Of a stretch of 64,000 bases of DNA, positions 24,801 to 37,934 are shown in pieces. Position numbers and translations under genes: made by a program. Under the pieces are notes generated by a model, which saw only the letters and a program-made list of their open reading frames with translations, was not told the DNA's origin and did no database searches. Numbering within the stretch: position 1 is the stretch's first letter; every line of letters begins with the position of its first letter. This DNA is from Zygnema circumcarinatum SAG 698-1b (Eukaryota > Plantae > Zygnematophyceae): positions 496,001 through 560,000 of the forward strand of contig CM074818.1 of NCBI GenBank assembly GCA_037447605.1. The letters run 5' to 3'.

Positions 24801-26914
24801 AAAAATGCACGAACTTATTTCAAACCAGAGAGAAAGAGAGCGCGAAAGAGAGAGAAGGAGAGAGTTTGGGAAGGGGTAACTATGGAAATAACGAATTCAC
24901 CCAAACAGAAGACAGTGAGAGAGGAAGAGAGGGAGCGAGAGAGAGAGAAAGAGAGAGAGAGGGAGAGATAAGGAGATGGAGAGAGTAAGGGAGAGAGAGG
25001 GAGGGAGAGGGAGAGAGCGATGAGTGTTGGGTAAGAGTGGCGAAGCAACGGACCAATGGGAGATTGCCACCTGGCTCCGCAACAGCCAGCAAAATCTCAT
25101 TACAGAAGTCAAGCTGCGTCTCAAACTGCCAATCGTGAATCGCCACGTGGCACACCCACAGGGCTCCAAAGTGAGCGAGAAAGAGAAAGTGAGTGAAAGA
25201 GAGAGAGAGAGAGAGAGAGGGAGAGAGCAGCAAAATGAGCATAAGCGTGACAGGAAACGTGAATAATAATTGATGATTACAATGATTTTTTAATATACCC
25301 ATCGTATAGTACAAACCTGATGATGGCAATCTCGGCATCGCAAAACGCTGCCAATTGTCCCTTCAAGAGGCCACCTCAGCCCTAAACTTCGATCAGTTTT
25401 CCCATTTGTACCCCAACTCCTCCTCCCCGTATGTGAGGCATTTCCTGCGCTCTCATTGGCCAGATCCGGCCCGGGCAAGACCCTAAGATTGGAAGAAAGG
25501 AGAGCTTCCATCGAAAATGTCTGCGAATTCCCTCCCTTTACTTTCCGCTTCTTCTCTTTTTCGATTCCTGCTGCTAAGTACATAAGTGACTCCGAAGCAT
25601 CCTGCAAGGACACTATACGGCAATGGAACTCTACATCAAGACGATTGCAATAATATTCGTAACAATATTCATAACAATGTTCATAACAACGTTCATTAAA
25701 CACAAAAGGTTTGCTTATGACTGTACTGCAACTCAAACATCGATTGGTACTGAGGGCTGCTTTTGAAGGTCTATTAGCAATGTGAAGGTTTAGCAGCTCG
25801 GTTGAGACATAGTGAGAGAGTTTGGCCGTAAAAGGTGGGTCTTTTTGTTGAGTATATAGATTCACAGTAGCGTATGAAGTGGGAGAAGAAGTTGTGGATG
25901 AGCTCTGGAAGGCATACCTGCTGCTCGGAGAGGTCAAAATATTGTGTATGGTGGTGCAGGGCCTGCATCACCTTCCTTGGGCTCAACACGTGGTGCTCCC
26001 CGATTGGCTTACACAGGCCTGAAAATGCTAAGAATTGGTGGTCTTACTGAACAGGAAGATCATCAAAGAATGGGAATTCCTCAAATCAGATATCAAGATT
26101 ATGTCATAGGGCTTCGACATCATGTGCAGAAAATCGACTCGAGATATGATATTTCTGACTAAAGCATTCCCCCCTCTCTGTCGCTCTCTCTCGCTCTCCC
26201 TCTTTGTTTTGCGAATGAAGAGGTTGTTAGCTTTATAAGGGTGATAAGCATTTAGGTTTTCACACCTTCGAGAAGTGCAGCAACAGCATTAGTCAGAGGC
26301 ATAGACTGATCTTTCTTTGCCCCAGTTTGACCTTTCTGCTCGGCTTCCTCTTCTGCCAGGTACTCCACCACTGAATCGCAGCTCGCCAGAGCCTGCGGGC
26401 ACCATCATCATGCCATGCATCACATCACCATAGCATGCTGATCACAGTGATGATGAAGAATGAATGAATGAATGCCCAAACTTCCTTCAAAAATCAAAAA
26501 GAAAAAAGTTGAAGCACTAGTCCCAACGCATATACATACCTGAAGAACGGCATTCAAGAAGCAATTATTGCCTCTGTTTTCCAATCCTGCAACTGTAAGC
26601 CCTTCAAAGCTTAACTCAAAGCCATCATTTTGACTGTTCAAAACGCTCGCCCTCCCTTCCAATGCCGGACCCTCCGCCCTTTTCAAATGCTCCCCTTGGA
26701 AGCCCTCCTCCTTCTCCTTCTCTGCGGTGAGAAGGTATCGGAGGGCCGCCATGGCTGCGCAGAAAGCTCCGGCTGCTGAGAGGAGGAGGAGTGGAGGAGG
26801 AGGGTTGGGAGGAGGAGGGAGGGAGAAGCTCTTCAGAAGGAGGGACTCGCGGATGCGAGAGAGGAGGTTGAGGAGGACGTGAGGAGGGAGGCGGAAATGG
26901 AGTGAGGAATCCAT
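21828..26914 (-). CDS. UBP27: Ubiquitin-specific protease (UBP27/USP30-like); exons 26914-26540, 26392-26266, 26018-25918, 25601-25317, 25125-25054, 24769-24596, 24318-24181, 23525-23466, 23183-21828
   Basis: Seen: Cys box GLENRGNNCFLNAVLQALAS, QQDASE, His box YDLVSVVVHYGGATGGHYTVYR, terminal WVAISDS...ASLLFYEQL, and an N-terminal hydrophobic segment. Orthology to UBP27 is inferred from VLSPRKVM and the architecture. Confidence 0.9.
23804..24163. repeat. 26-bp minisatellite arranged as two opposed arrays inside a UBP27 intron
   Basis: Seen: 3 units of CTTCCATTGACATCCGTAACATCACC (23804-23890), then about 9 reverse-complement units ACGGATGTCAAT(A/G)GAAAGGTGATGTT (23907-24163), interrupted by gap 24077-24086. 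Confidence 0.9.
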
Positions 26915-27634
26915 GGCTGCCGAGGTTGGAGTTACAAATCAGGGTTAGGGTTTAGGGTTTAGGGTGCAAGGCTTAGGGTTAGGGATTAGGTTTAGGTGGT
27001 TAAAGAGTAAGACAATGGTTATGACCACAGTCAAGGCTGAGCTGAGATCCACAGTCATCAAATTAGGGTTAGCTGGAGTGCAGCAATGCTCCTTTTCTGC
27101 AAGCTTCGGATGCGTCCAGAATTAGGGTTCAGGGTCCAGGGTCGCACTGCGCTCGGCGCCCGGGAGGACGAAAGACTGAGGGCTTAAAATTAGGGTTAGC
27201 TTGCGGAAACTTTTGAGGGTTCAAATTCGTACGAGGATGCTCCGTACGGAAAGCGCGAAAATGCTTACAGTACAGAACGCGACGCCGACGTGGCGCCGAC
27301 TTGGCGTCTAGATAGTACAGGTGTGCCTTTAAACTCACTCCGGAGAGGTCGGCCAGCCAGGTCTTCAAACGACCCAATCACCGACCACCACGTGGTCGTG
27401 CGTGTGCGCCCATCGTACAAGTGAGATCCACGTGTCTCGTCTGCTCGTCGCCAGATCAACCGCACGTGCGAGAGATTAGATCAACAAAAGTTGGACTGTG
27501 TCAGCAAAAGTTGACCAAAGTTGCCCGTGCGAACGCGCCCTCTGGATGCCCCTGAACCCTCGCCCACCTAAACCATCCCCCCTTCAAGAACCCTTCCCCC
27601 CACCCCCCCACCCCTCCACCGCGCCGCCCTCCCC
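26915..27634. promoter_or_regulatory. Bidirectional promoter between UBP27 (-) and the amylase homolog (+)
   Basis: Seen: divergent ATGs 720 bp apart, TTAGGG tract at 26940-27000 and CACGTG motifs. Function inferred. Confidence 0.45.
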
Positions 27635-30600
27635 ATGGCGGCCATGGCCGCATCATGCCGCGCATGCCACCCATGCAGGCCATGTCGCCCCTCCCTCCCC
27701 GCATCCCTGAACCCTGCGCCCGCCCGCCTCGCCCTCGCCCCCAAAGCCCTGAACCCTTCCAAAGCCCTGAACCTCTCCTGCTCGGTCTCGCCCGATCCCC
27801 TCCCCTCATGGCGTCCCATCCCCCCCATCCCCCCCATGGCATCCCCCATGCCATCCATGCCCCCCATGCCTCCCATGGCCCCCATGGCGGTGCCCCCATC
27901 GGCCGCATACATCGCGGCCGCCCTGGCCAATGAGGGGAGCGCCGAGGCCCCCCTGGAAGCTTCCGAGGCGGGCCACGTGTCAGACGCAGCGACGGTCTGC
28001 GTGCTGCAGGCCTTTCCTGCGGCGCCACAGAAGGCGGGGGATGGCGCCACGTGGCACCAGCATGTGCGGGCCCACGTGGATGACCTCGTGGCCGTCGGAT
28101 TCACGGACGTGCTGCTGCCGCCCTGTGTGCAGGCTCTGGATGCCGAAGGTCCGTCAGGGATACAGGGTTTTGGAGGGTTTGGGGAGAGGGAGAGGGAGGG
28201 AGAGGCTGAGGGAGAGGGAGGGAGAGGCTGAGGGAGAGGGAGGGAGAGGGTGAGGGAGAGGGGGAGGAGTTTGGGGTTCTTGAGGGTTTGGGGAGAGGGA
28301 GAGGGAGAGGGAGGGAGAGGGGGAGGGAGAGGGAGGGATAGGGGGAGGGAGAGGGAGAGGGAGGGAGNNNNNNNNNNAGGGAGAGGGAGAGGGAGGGAGA
28401 GGGAGAGGGAGGGGGAGGGAGAAGGAGAGGGAGAGGGGGAGGGGTTTGGGATTTATGGTATTGGGTTTCGGCATGTTTAGTATTTTCAATTTTGTACTCC
28501 CGTGGTAAAACTTTGATTCTTCTTGTAACCCTTAAGCTTCTTAAAACCTTAAACCCTAAACCCTGAACCCTGAACCCTAAACTCTCATGTATGCATGTAT
28601 GCATGTCTGTGTGCATGCATGCCCCTCCCTCTGATTGCAGGTATGCAACCCTGAACCCTCCTGTGGGCTGCCAGGGTTTATGCCTTCCAAGTTCTATGAC
28701 CTCAATTCCGCGTACGGAACGGCCGCTCAACTGAAAGATCTGATCGACAATCTGCATGGAAACGGTCTGCGCGTGACGGCGGAAATCGTGCTGAATCGCC
28801 TACGTGGCAAGCAGCCATTGGGCCACGTGGCATGGAAGAGGGTGGGCGGGACGGTGGACGAGGTAGGGCTCCTCGCCGACCCTTTGCATGTCAGGACAGT
28901 TTTGCTGGCGTCAGCAAAACTGCTGAAAACAAACAAACCCAACAAACCCGCTGTAAAAGTGCTGACGTCAGCATATATCGCAGATTCGTAATTCCGTGCT
29001 TTTGGGGTGTATGGAGTCGGCATAGTTTTTGTTTAATTGTCTTTTCGGGACTTTTTTTTTGGCTTCTTAAGGGATTCGGGATTTGGGGTTTTCTGTTTTC
29101 GATATTTTAATTTTCGGTTTCAGATTTTGGGGTTTTAATTTTTTTTCATTATTTTCTATTGAATTGTGTGAGTTTTCAGGAAATCGATTGGGGAGATTGG
29201 GTTGATCGAGTCGGAGAATTCGATAGCACCTCTTCAAGGGGGGGCGAGATGGATGAGGAATTTGGAGAGCTCCCAGCCGTAGATCACGCGGATCCAACGG
29301 TTCAGAGTGATGCCAAAGGATGGCTCATGTGGATGAAGAAGGATGTTGGGTTTGATGTGAGACCCCAATGACCTTTTTTTCAAAAAACAAAAAAAAGTCA
29401 AAAAAAGCCTTTGTATTTGCATGGAAAAGTTTGCTTATTTATGTTATTGGGTTGCGATTTATTTTTTTGGGGTAGCTTATTAGGGGATAGGGGGGGGGGC
29501 GCGGGGGGAGGGAGGGCTTTTGTCGTATTCAGAATTCTGCAATACCTGGCTGATGGGTTTGTCTTTTCTTGTCTGGTTTTTGGTTTCTGGTTTTTGGGTT
29601 TTGAGTTTTTGGTTTGTTGAATAGGGATGGTGCTTTGACCTCGCGAAGCTGTTTGATCCGACTGCTGTTTATGTGTAAGGCGACTTTTTTTTCCTCATTT
29701 AGTGAACCCTTTGTAGGATTCTAAATGCTTTACAAAGTTAGAATTGATTCTATCGATCTCAGGTGTAACATGTTAGTCGTGGTCTTGCTTCTCTGCGACA
29801 ATGAAATGATTGGCCTTAGTTATTTGAGGCTCTGCAGCTCCTGGGGAGGAAGGGAGGGAGGAGGGGAGTGAAAGGGGAGGGGGGAGAGGGGAGGGAGGGG
29901 ATGGGGATGGGGGAGGGGAGAGGGGGGATGGGGGAGGGGAGAGGGGGAGAGGGGGAGGGGATGAAGAGGGGAGGGAGAGGGGATGGAGAGGGGAGGGGGG
30001 GGGAGGGGAGAGGAGAGGGGGGGAGAGGGGAGGNNNNNNNNNNGGGAGAGGGGAGAGGGGGAGCAGAGGGAGGGGAATAGGGAAGGGAGAGAGGGGAGGA
30101 GGAGAGGGGGAGGGTGAGAGGAGAGGGGGAGAAGGGAGAAGGAAGGGGGAGAGGGGAGGGGTGAGAGGGGGAGGGGAGTGTAGGGGGAGAGGGAAGGGAG
30201 AGGGGTGGGTGATGGGAGGGGAGGGAGGAGGGAGGGAGAGGGGAGGGAGAGGAGAGAGGAGGGAGGAGGGAGGGGAGAGGGAGGGGAGAGAGGAGGGAGA
30301 GATCGTCTATTTCTGAAAGAAGCTCGGCAATTTTTTCCATTGAAAGAGTGTCTAGAAGTCTTCAAATGGGTGAGGTTGTATGGGAGCTGGTGATGAATAT
30401 AAACGTCGCTATTCTAGAGAGTGCAGGCCTTGGCTTGTGCTTCTGCAGACGCACAAAATATAAAAGCAACACTTCTGAAGCTCCAATTGCATCCTGGTCA
30501 TATCTGGGGAGAAGAGAGAAAGGGAGAGAAGAAGAGTGTCAGAAGATTGCAGTTTTAGATTCACTCCACCTCCCTCCTTCCCTCCCTCTCTCCCTCCCTC

Positions 30601-33530
30601 CCTGCCTGCCGATGATGAGCACTTTGTATCTATGTGTGTCAACGGAGCTCTATGGAGCGATGATCTCATCTCAAATCTTCTCTCTGAGGCATTGGCTCCC
30701 TTAAAAAAAAACAAAAAATGAACCTGGGTTTTTGGGTTATACTAATCTAGACTCTTTTTTTTTTTGCTTCTACCCCCTTTTTTTTTTTTCTTTGCAAGCT
30801 GCACATGCTCAGATTCTTACGAAGTTTTAGATCCCTCTATCCGACAATTTTTCTTTTTGATGTGAGGTTCTACTTTCTACTATTGCAGATATTGCGATGC
30901 AACATCGCCGGGATTAGCGATTGGAGATGTTTGGAATCCCATGAGATATAACGGCACAGATTTGGAATATAATCAAGGTAGCTTGCTTGTTTGGGGGGAG
31001 GGGGGAGGGGACATTAGGGTTTACTCAGTTTCTTGGAAAATATAAATAAGTAAAGAAAGGAAGAGATAGAATAGAAGTGAGCCCTACTTACTTCCTACAT
31101 TTTTCTTTATTGATTTCCAGATCAGCATCGGCAGGAATTGGTAAACTGGGTTAAGGGAACGCGTGAGAAGGCAATGGCTCTCGACTACACCACAAAGGTA
31201 TCCCACTCTCTCACTCTCTCCCGCTCTCCCTCTCTCTCCCACTCTCCCAACTCCCCGCTCTCTGCGCTCTCTCGCACTCCCTCTCTCTCACACTCTCCAG
31301 CTCTCCCTCTCTCTCCCGCTCTCTCTCGCTCTCTCCCACTTCTTGAGGTGGTAGGCAGGGGCCTACCATTGCCCTCCCCCTACCATCCGAGATTTCTACA
31401 ACGCACTCCCTTCGTTGTGGGACTACTCCATCCTCTTCCTCCACCGGGCCAACCCCTCCCCCCTCCTCTTGATCCCCTTCCTCTTCTCTTTCTGCCCTCC
31501 AACCCCGCCTCCCCCTCCCTCTCCCCCTCCTTTCCATTTGCCCCTCCCTCTCCCTCCCTCCCCCTCCCCCTCTTCCTCCCCGCTCCTCCCTCTTCTCGAC
31601 CCTCCTCCCCTTCTCTTGCTTCCGTTCCTCCCCGGCTCCCTTTTCCTCTCCCGGTCACCCTCGTCATCTTGTGCTCCCCCCTCCCTCTCTCCCTCCCTCC
31701 CTCCCCCCCTCTCTCTTCCTCCTCCCACTTCTCGACCCTCCTCCCCTTCTCTTTCTGCCCTCCCTCCCCGCCTCCCTTTTCCTCTCCCGCTCACCCTCTT
31801 CATCTTGTGCTCCCCCCTCCCTCTCCCTCTCCCTCCCTCCCCCTCTCACTCTCTCTTCCTCCTCTCTCTCTCTTCCTCCTCCCTCTTCTCGACCCTCCCC
31901 TTCTCTTTTTTCTCTCCCTCCCCGCCTCCCTTTTCCTTTCCTGCTCACCCTCTTCATCTTGTGCTCCCCCCCTCCCTCTCCCTCTTCCTCCCTCCCCCTC
32001 CCCCTCTCTCTTCCTCCTTTCTCTCTCTTCCTCCTCCCTCTTCTCGACCCTCCCCTTCTCTTTCTGCCCTCCCTCCCCGCCTCCCTTTTCCTTTCCTGCT
32101 CACCCTCTCCATCTTGTGCTCCCCCCCTCCCTCTCCCTCTCCCTCCCCCCTCCCTCCCTCTCCCTCCCCCGTGACGTGACGCAGGGCGTCCTCCAGCAGG
32201 CCGTCCTCCGGTCCGAGTATTGGCGGTTGGTGGACTCGGAGGGACGGCCCCCCGGCCTGCTCGGATGGTGGCCCTCCAAGGTGTGCCCTCAACCCTAAAA
32301 TTTCTTAAAAGAAAAAAAAAGAAGATGAACCCTGAACCCCGTAGAACCATCTTCATAAACCTGCAAAAAAAAATTGACAGTAATTTGAAAAGTCTTAAAT
32401 TTCGTAACGTCAAATAACCCTAGAAGTCCAGATATGCTAAATTTAGCAACCTGAAAAGTCGCAAAAAACTCTTTTTCTTTCCCCTCCTCCCACTTCCCCC
32501 CCCCCGCTTCCACTTACCCCCATTTTTTTTTGGATGGGGTTTGGAAAATAGGCTTTGACTTTTGTGGAGAATCGCGCGACTTCGGACCATTGGCCCTTTC
32601 CTTCCTGGGGTGTGCTTCAAGGGTGGGACAGCTGGCAGCTCCCTATTGGCTGGTCCTTTTTTATATCCTAATTTTTTTTATTTTTTTTTCCCCAAATCAC
32701 CTAAAACTTGAAGCTCTCCATAAAACTCGAAAGCAGGAAAAATAGAAAGTACTGAGATTAGTTTTTTTACATATTTTTTCTTGGATGGGGTACTAATGGG
32801 GGTTTGGATTTTTGGATCTTAATGCAGTTATTGCTATATTTTGACCCATCCTGGAACACCGTGTGTACTTTGGGAGCATGTTTATGACTGGAAACTTCGG
32901 GTACGACTCTCTCTCTCTCACTCTCTCCCTCCCTCTCTCTCGTTCTCTCCCTCTGTCCACTCGCTCTCGTCCCTCTCCTCTCCCTCACTTTCCTCACTCT
33001 CTCCCTCTCTCTCGTTCCCTCTCCCACCTTCCCTCGCTCTGAACCTTCTCCCCCCCTCCCCCCTCGCCTCTCCCTCTCCCCACTCCCACTCCCTCTCCCA
33101 CTTCCTCTCCCTCTCCCTCTCCACTCTTCATCCCCCCCTCCCCCACTCCTGCCCCCCTTACCCCCCCTCCCTTCCCCTCCTCTCCTGCCCTCTCCGCCCT
33201 CCTCCCTACCACCCTCTCCCTCCCTCAAATTTTCCTCCCTTTGAGCTTTTTTTTTGGTATCATTAATCTACTAACGGCTCACTTAAAGTTAGATGTAATT
33301 CTAGTTCAAAATCTAAATTGTAATCTATTTTTTGGCCCTGCAGGATGTGATTGGGAGCCTCATTGCTGCTCGAAAGCGCGGAAAAATTCACTCTCGATCT
33401 CAGATCCGGATTCTCGCCTGCCAATCAGATCTCTACGTCGCACGTGTGGGGTCAAATGTTGACTCTGAGGAGTTCCATGGGCTCCTTGTAAAGATGGGGC
33501 CCAGTTTTGACATGCGTGGAACGGAGCCAG
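27635..33530 (+). CDS. Alpha-amylase (GH13, plant type) homolog with degenerate catalytic residues; exons 27635-28148, 28675-28862, 29180-29356, 29625-29674, 30889-30977, 31121-31197, 32185-32280, 32552-32622, 32828-32900, 33344-33530; last exon probably in gap 33937-33946
   Basis: Seen: GFTDVLLPP, EGFMPSKFYDLNSAYG, WLMWMKKDVGFDGWCFD, HRQELVNWV, DYTTKGVLQQAV, WRLVDSEGRPPGLLGWWPSK, WPFP, GYCYILTHPGTPC, DLYVA, LVKMGP. All ten junctions are phase-compatible with no stops. Confidence 0.92.
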
Positions 33531-33946
33531 GTGAGCATGGAGACATGCTGGGGTGGTAGAGGGAGGGAGAGGAGAGAGAGAGAAGGGGATGAAGGAGAGG
33601 GGAGAAGGGAGAAGGGAGAAGGGCGGGGAGGGCGGGAGAGATGGAGGGGGTGGGAGGGGGCGGAATGGGGAGAGGAGTGGGGGAGGGGATGGGGAGGGGA
33701 GAGGGAGTGGGAGAGGGAGTGGGAGAGGAAGAGAGAAAGGGGAGAGGGGAGAGGAGAGTGGGGAGAGGGGAGTGGGGCGAGGGGCGAGGGGAGAGCGGAG
33801 AGCGAGGGAGGGTAGGCGAGGGGACGAGAGAGAGTGAGAAAAGAGAGAACTAAGATAAGGGAGAAAGAAAGAGCGGAGAGAGGAGGGAAGAGAGTGAGAA
33901 AACGAGGCGGGTAGGGCCGAGTGAAGCGAGCGACTCNNNNNNNNNN

Positions 33947-36900
33947 AGACATGAGATGGCATGTGCGCATGTTCCATAGGATTAGAACGGCATGGGACAT
34001 TCATTTTAGGTTTTTTTTTTTTATTTTTTGATTATTTAAAAAATCTCCTTATGGGTTATGCAAGTTGGGTTTGATCTAATGGGGTACCGTACCACAGAAG
34101 TCTTTTTAGCAAAAATGATAATAATTTTTTATGAAAGTTCAAAGAATATATGAATCCAAATCTGAAGTCACACTCGCAAATGGCTTTGACTATACTTAGG
34201 GCTAAAAAAGAAAATTGTTCTCCGAGGACGCTCCTTGAAATGCATTCCGAAAGTCGACTGTTTTCAGCTCGAATCGGAGCCGGAATTTGGCGCGCCGTGC
34301 ATGTCGTAGGCGGCCCTTGGGAGCGTATCGGACGGTTCTAATTTAAAACTCTAGCAACGTTAATTCGAGCAGATCTACTTCACAGGCAAGCGGATGACAG
34401 GCATAGCCGTAGGCTGTACGGTCCAGTCCTACACAATAAGGAAAGGCGACTCGTGTGCGAAGTTAGTGAAATTGTACTTCGGAAACAAGCAGTCGACATA
34501 CAAAGCCTTGAACAACAAGTTTGTTTGAACAGGAACCTTCGTGTGGGCCGTGTGATTTGCATTCCCTTAAATGCCATAGTGCAGTAAATGGAACTCGTCA
34601 CTCCCTCCCTCCCTCCCTCCCTCCCTCCCTCCCATATCCCAACATGGGTAGACAGGTACCCCAACAAAAACAAATGCACTTCTATTCCACAATCCTCGTG
34701 GTTCTCCCCCCTCCCTGTGGACTGGTGTTTGGAATTTGGGGAATGTGTGCGTAGCATCCCCTTATTATAATGCTACTGGGCAGTCGCTAGGAGGCCTTAG
34801 CCCCCCTCCAGATGTTGAAGAGTTGTTCTGCTTTGAAGGTTTAATATCAGAAATACACCCGAATATAAGATTGTTTTTCAATCTCACTGGTCAGCCCCCC
34901 CCTAAATTAAATTCCAGGACCCTCCCGCTATTGGCCCGAGAAGCTAAGAAAAAAACATCCTTTCTTCACCTTTTCTTTTAGTGCATCAAACAAGCAAGAA
35001 ATAGTATATCGATGGGAAATTAGGTTAGCCCGACCTGACAGCTTGGCAGAAGTCGCCACGTGGGTGTCTCTCATTAAAAACCTCGAATCGCGTGCTGACA
35101 CGTGGCGAGCGCTGGCGAACCAGCCAGCCAGTAATCCAATGGTTGCAACCATTCGATTTCCTGGCAACCATTAGGTTGCCAACCATTGGCTTTCCAACCA
35201 TTGGCCCTCCAACCATTGCACATCCAATGGCTGCCCAACGGTTTCCGACCACGCTCAACAGCAAGCCGCTGTAATGACGCGGAGCGTGCTTGGGAGCGTG
35301 TGACGCGGAACGCGACAGAAACACCTTCCGCGCTGAGCCAATGGGGGTGCGCCCATTCCTGTTACGAAATCCGTTAACATTTCTCTGTTTGACGGGTTCG
35401 GTGTTCCATGAGCGGAATCTACGAAACCAGTCATAACGTGCCAGGTGGAAGATCTCCGTACTGTGACCAGTATCTGGGTCTTGGCGTCTTCAAATCTGCC
35501 AAGGCCCCGGTCACAGGTCCCTTTCTCGGCCGCTCGTCTCCGCCGCCGCGTCCTCGCCCTGACGGCCGCCCTTGCTCCCGCCCTCTGCCCGCTGGCTGCT
35601 CGGCTGGGCTGGGCTTCGGGTTTTTGGGGTTCAGGGTGAAGGGCTTCGCGTTTTAAGGGTTCAGGGTGAAAGGATTCGCGTTTTTACGGTTCAGTGTCAA
35701 GAGCTTTACGTTTTTAGGGTTCAGGGTCAAAGGGTTCAGGGTCAAGGGTTCAGGATCAAGGGTCAAGGGTTTAGGGTCGAGGATCAAGGTTTCAGGGTCA
35801 AGGGCTTCGGATTCTTAAGGTTCAGGGTCAAGGATTCAGGGTTTAGGGTTTGAGTGCCCCGAGCGACCGCTGTTCTCAGGACGTGCTGTCGAAGTCGCGA
35901 TGGCGGGCCGGCGGGCTGCGGAGGATGGGCGGCGGNNNNNNNNNNAGACATGAGATGGCATGTGCGCATGTTCCATAGGATTAGAACGGCATGGGACATT
36001 CATTTTAGGTTTTTTTTTTTTATTTTTTGATTATTTAAAAAATCTCCTTATGGGTTATGCAAGTTGGGTTTGATCTAATGGGGTACCGTACCACAGAAGT
36101 CTTTTTAGCAAAAATGATAATAATTTTTTATGAAAGTTCAAAGAATATATGAATCCAAATCTGAAGTCACACTCGCAAATGGCTTTGACTATACTTAGGG
36201 CTAAAAAAGAAAATTGTTCTCCGAGGACGCTCCTTGAAATGCATTCCGAAAGTCGACTGTTTTCAGCTCGAATCGGAGCCGGAATTTGGCGCGCCGTGCA
36301 TGTCGTAGGCGGCCCTTGGGAGCGTATCGGACGGTTCTAATTTAAAACTCTAGCAACGTTAATTCGAGCAGATCTACTTCACAGGCAAGCGGATGACAGG
36401 CATAGCCGTAGGCTGTACGGTCCAGTCCTACACAATAAGGAAAGGCGACTCGTGTGCGAAGTTAGTGAAATTGTACTTCGGAAACAAGCAGTCGACATAC
36501 AAAGCCTTGAACAACAAGTTTGTTTGAACAGGAACCTTCGTGTGGGCCGTGTGATTTGCATTCCCTTAAATGCCATAGTGCAGTAAATGGAACTCGTCAC
36601 TCCCTCCCTCCCTCCCTCCCTCCCTCCCTCCCATATCCCAACATGGGTAGACAGGTACCCCAACAAAAACAAATGCACTTCTATTCCACAATCCTCGTGG
36701 TTCTCCCCCCTCCCTGTGGACTGGTGTTTGGAATTTGGGGAATGTGTGCGTAGCATCCCCTTATTATAATGCTACTGGGCAGTCGCTAGGAGGCCTTAGC
36801 CCCCCTCCAGATGTTGAAGAGTTGTTCTGCTTTGAAGGTTTAATATCAGAAATACACCCGAATATAAGATTGTTTTTCAATCTCACTGGTCAGCCCCCCC

Positions 36901-37934
36901 CTAAATTAAATTCCAGGACCCTCCCGCTATTGGCCCGAGAAGCTAAGAAAAAAACATCCTTTCTTCACCTTTTCTTTTAGTGCATCAAACAAGCAAGAAA
37001 TAGTATATCGATGGGAAATTAGGTTAGCCCGACCTGACAGCTTGGCAGAAGTCGCCACGTGGGTGTCTCTCATTAAAAACCTCGAATCGCGTGCTGACAC
37101 GTGGCGAGCGCTGGCGAACCAGCCAGCCAGTAATCCAATGGTTGCAACCATTCGATTTCCTGGCAACCATTAGGTTGCCAACCATTGGCTTTCCAACCAT
37201 TGGCCCTCCAACCATTGCACATCCAATGGCTGCCCAACGGTTTCCGACCACGCTCAACAGCAAGCCGCTGTAATGACGCGGAGCGTGCTTGGGAGCGTGT
37301 GACGCGGAACGCGACAGAAACACCTTCCGCGCTGAGCCAATGGGGGTGCGCCCATTCCTGTTACGAAATCCGTTAACATTTCTCTGTTTGACGGGTTCGG
37401 TGTTCCATGAGCGGAATCTACGAAACCAGTCATAACGTGCCAGGTGGAAGATCTCCGTACTGTGACCAGTATCTGGGTCTTGGCGTCTTCAAATCTGCCA
37501 AGGCCCCGGTCACAGGTCCCTTTCTCGGCCGCTCGTCTCCGCCGCCGCGTCCTCGCCCTGACGGCCGCCCTTGCTCCCGCCCTCTGCCCGCTGGCTGCTC
37601 GGCTGGGCTGGGCTTCGGGTTTTTGGGGTTCAGGGTGAAGGGCTTCGCGTTTTAAGGGTTCAGGGTGAAAGGATTCGCGTTTTTACGGTTCAGTGTCAAG
37701 AGCTTTACGTTTTTAGGGTTCAGGGTCAAAGGGTTCAGGGTCAAGGGTTCAGGATCAAGGGTCAAGGGTTTAGGGTCGAGGATCAAGGTTTCAGGGTCAA
37801 GGGCTTCGGATTCTTAAGGTTCAGGGTCAAGGATTCAGGGTTTAGGGTTTGAGTGCCCCGAGCGACCGCTGTTCTCAGGACGTGCTGTCGAAGTCGCGAT
37901 GGCGGGCCGGCGGGCTGCGGAGGATGGGCGGCGG
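33947..37934. repeat. Apparently identical 1989-bp tandem duplication (33947-35935 = 35946-37934), each copy preceded by a 10-N gap; probable scaffolding artefact
   Basis: Seen: constant offset of 1999, identical ORFs in both copies, and copy 1 ends exactly at a gap. Confidence 0.9.
37134..37234. promoter_or_regulatory. ~15-bp-period CAACCATT(GG) array (CCAAT-box-like) upstream of the kinase gene
   Basis: Seen: five CAACCATT units flanked by two CCAAT motifs, ~170 bp upstream of the ATG at 37407 (duplicated at 35135-35235). Function inferred. Confidence 0.35.

Noticed and set aside
33947-37934. 2-kb tandem duplication including the kinase promoter and first exon
   Set aside because: The copies look identical and are bounded by 10-N gaps, which is typical of an unmerged contig overlap. 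Long reads are needed before treating it as biology.
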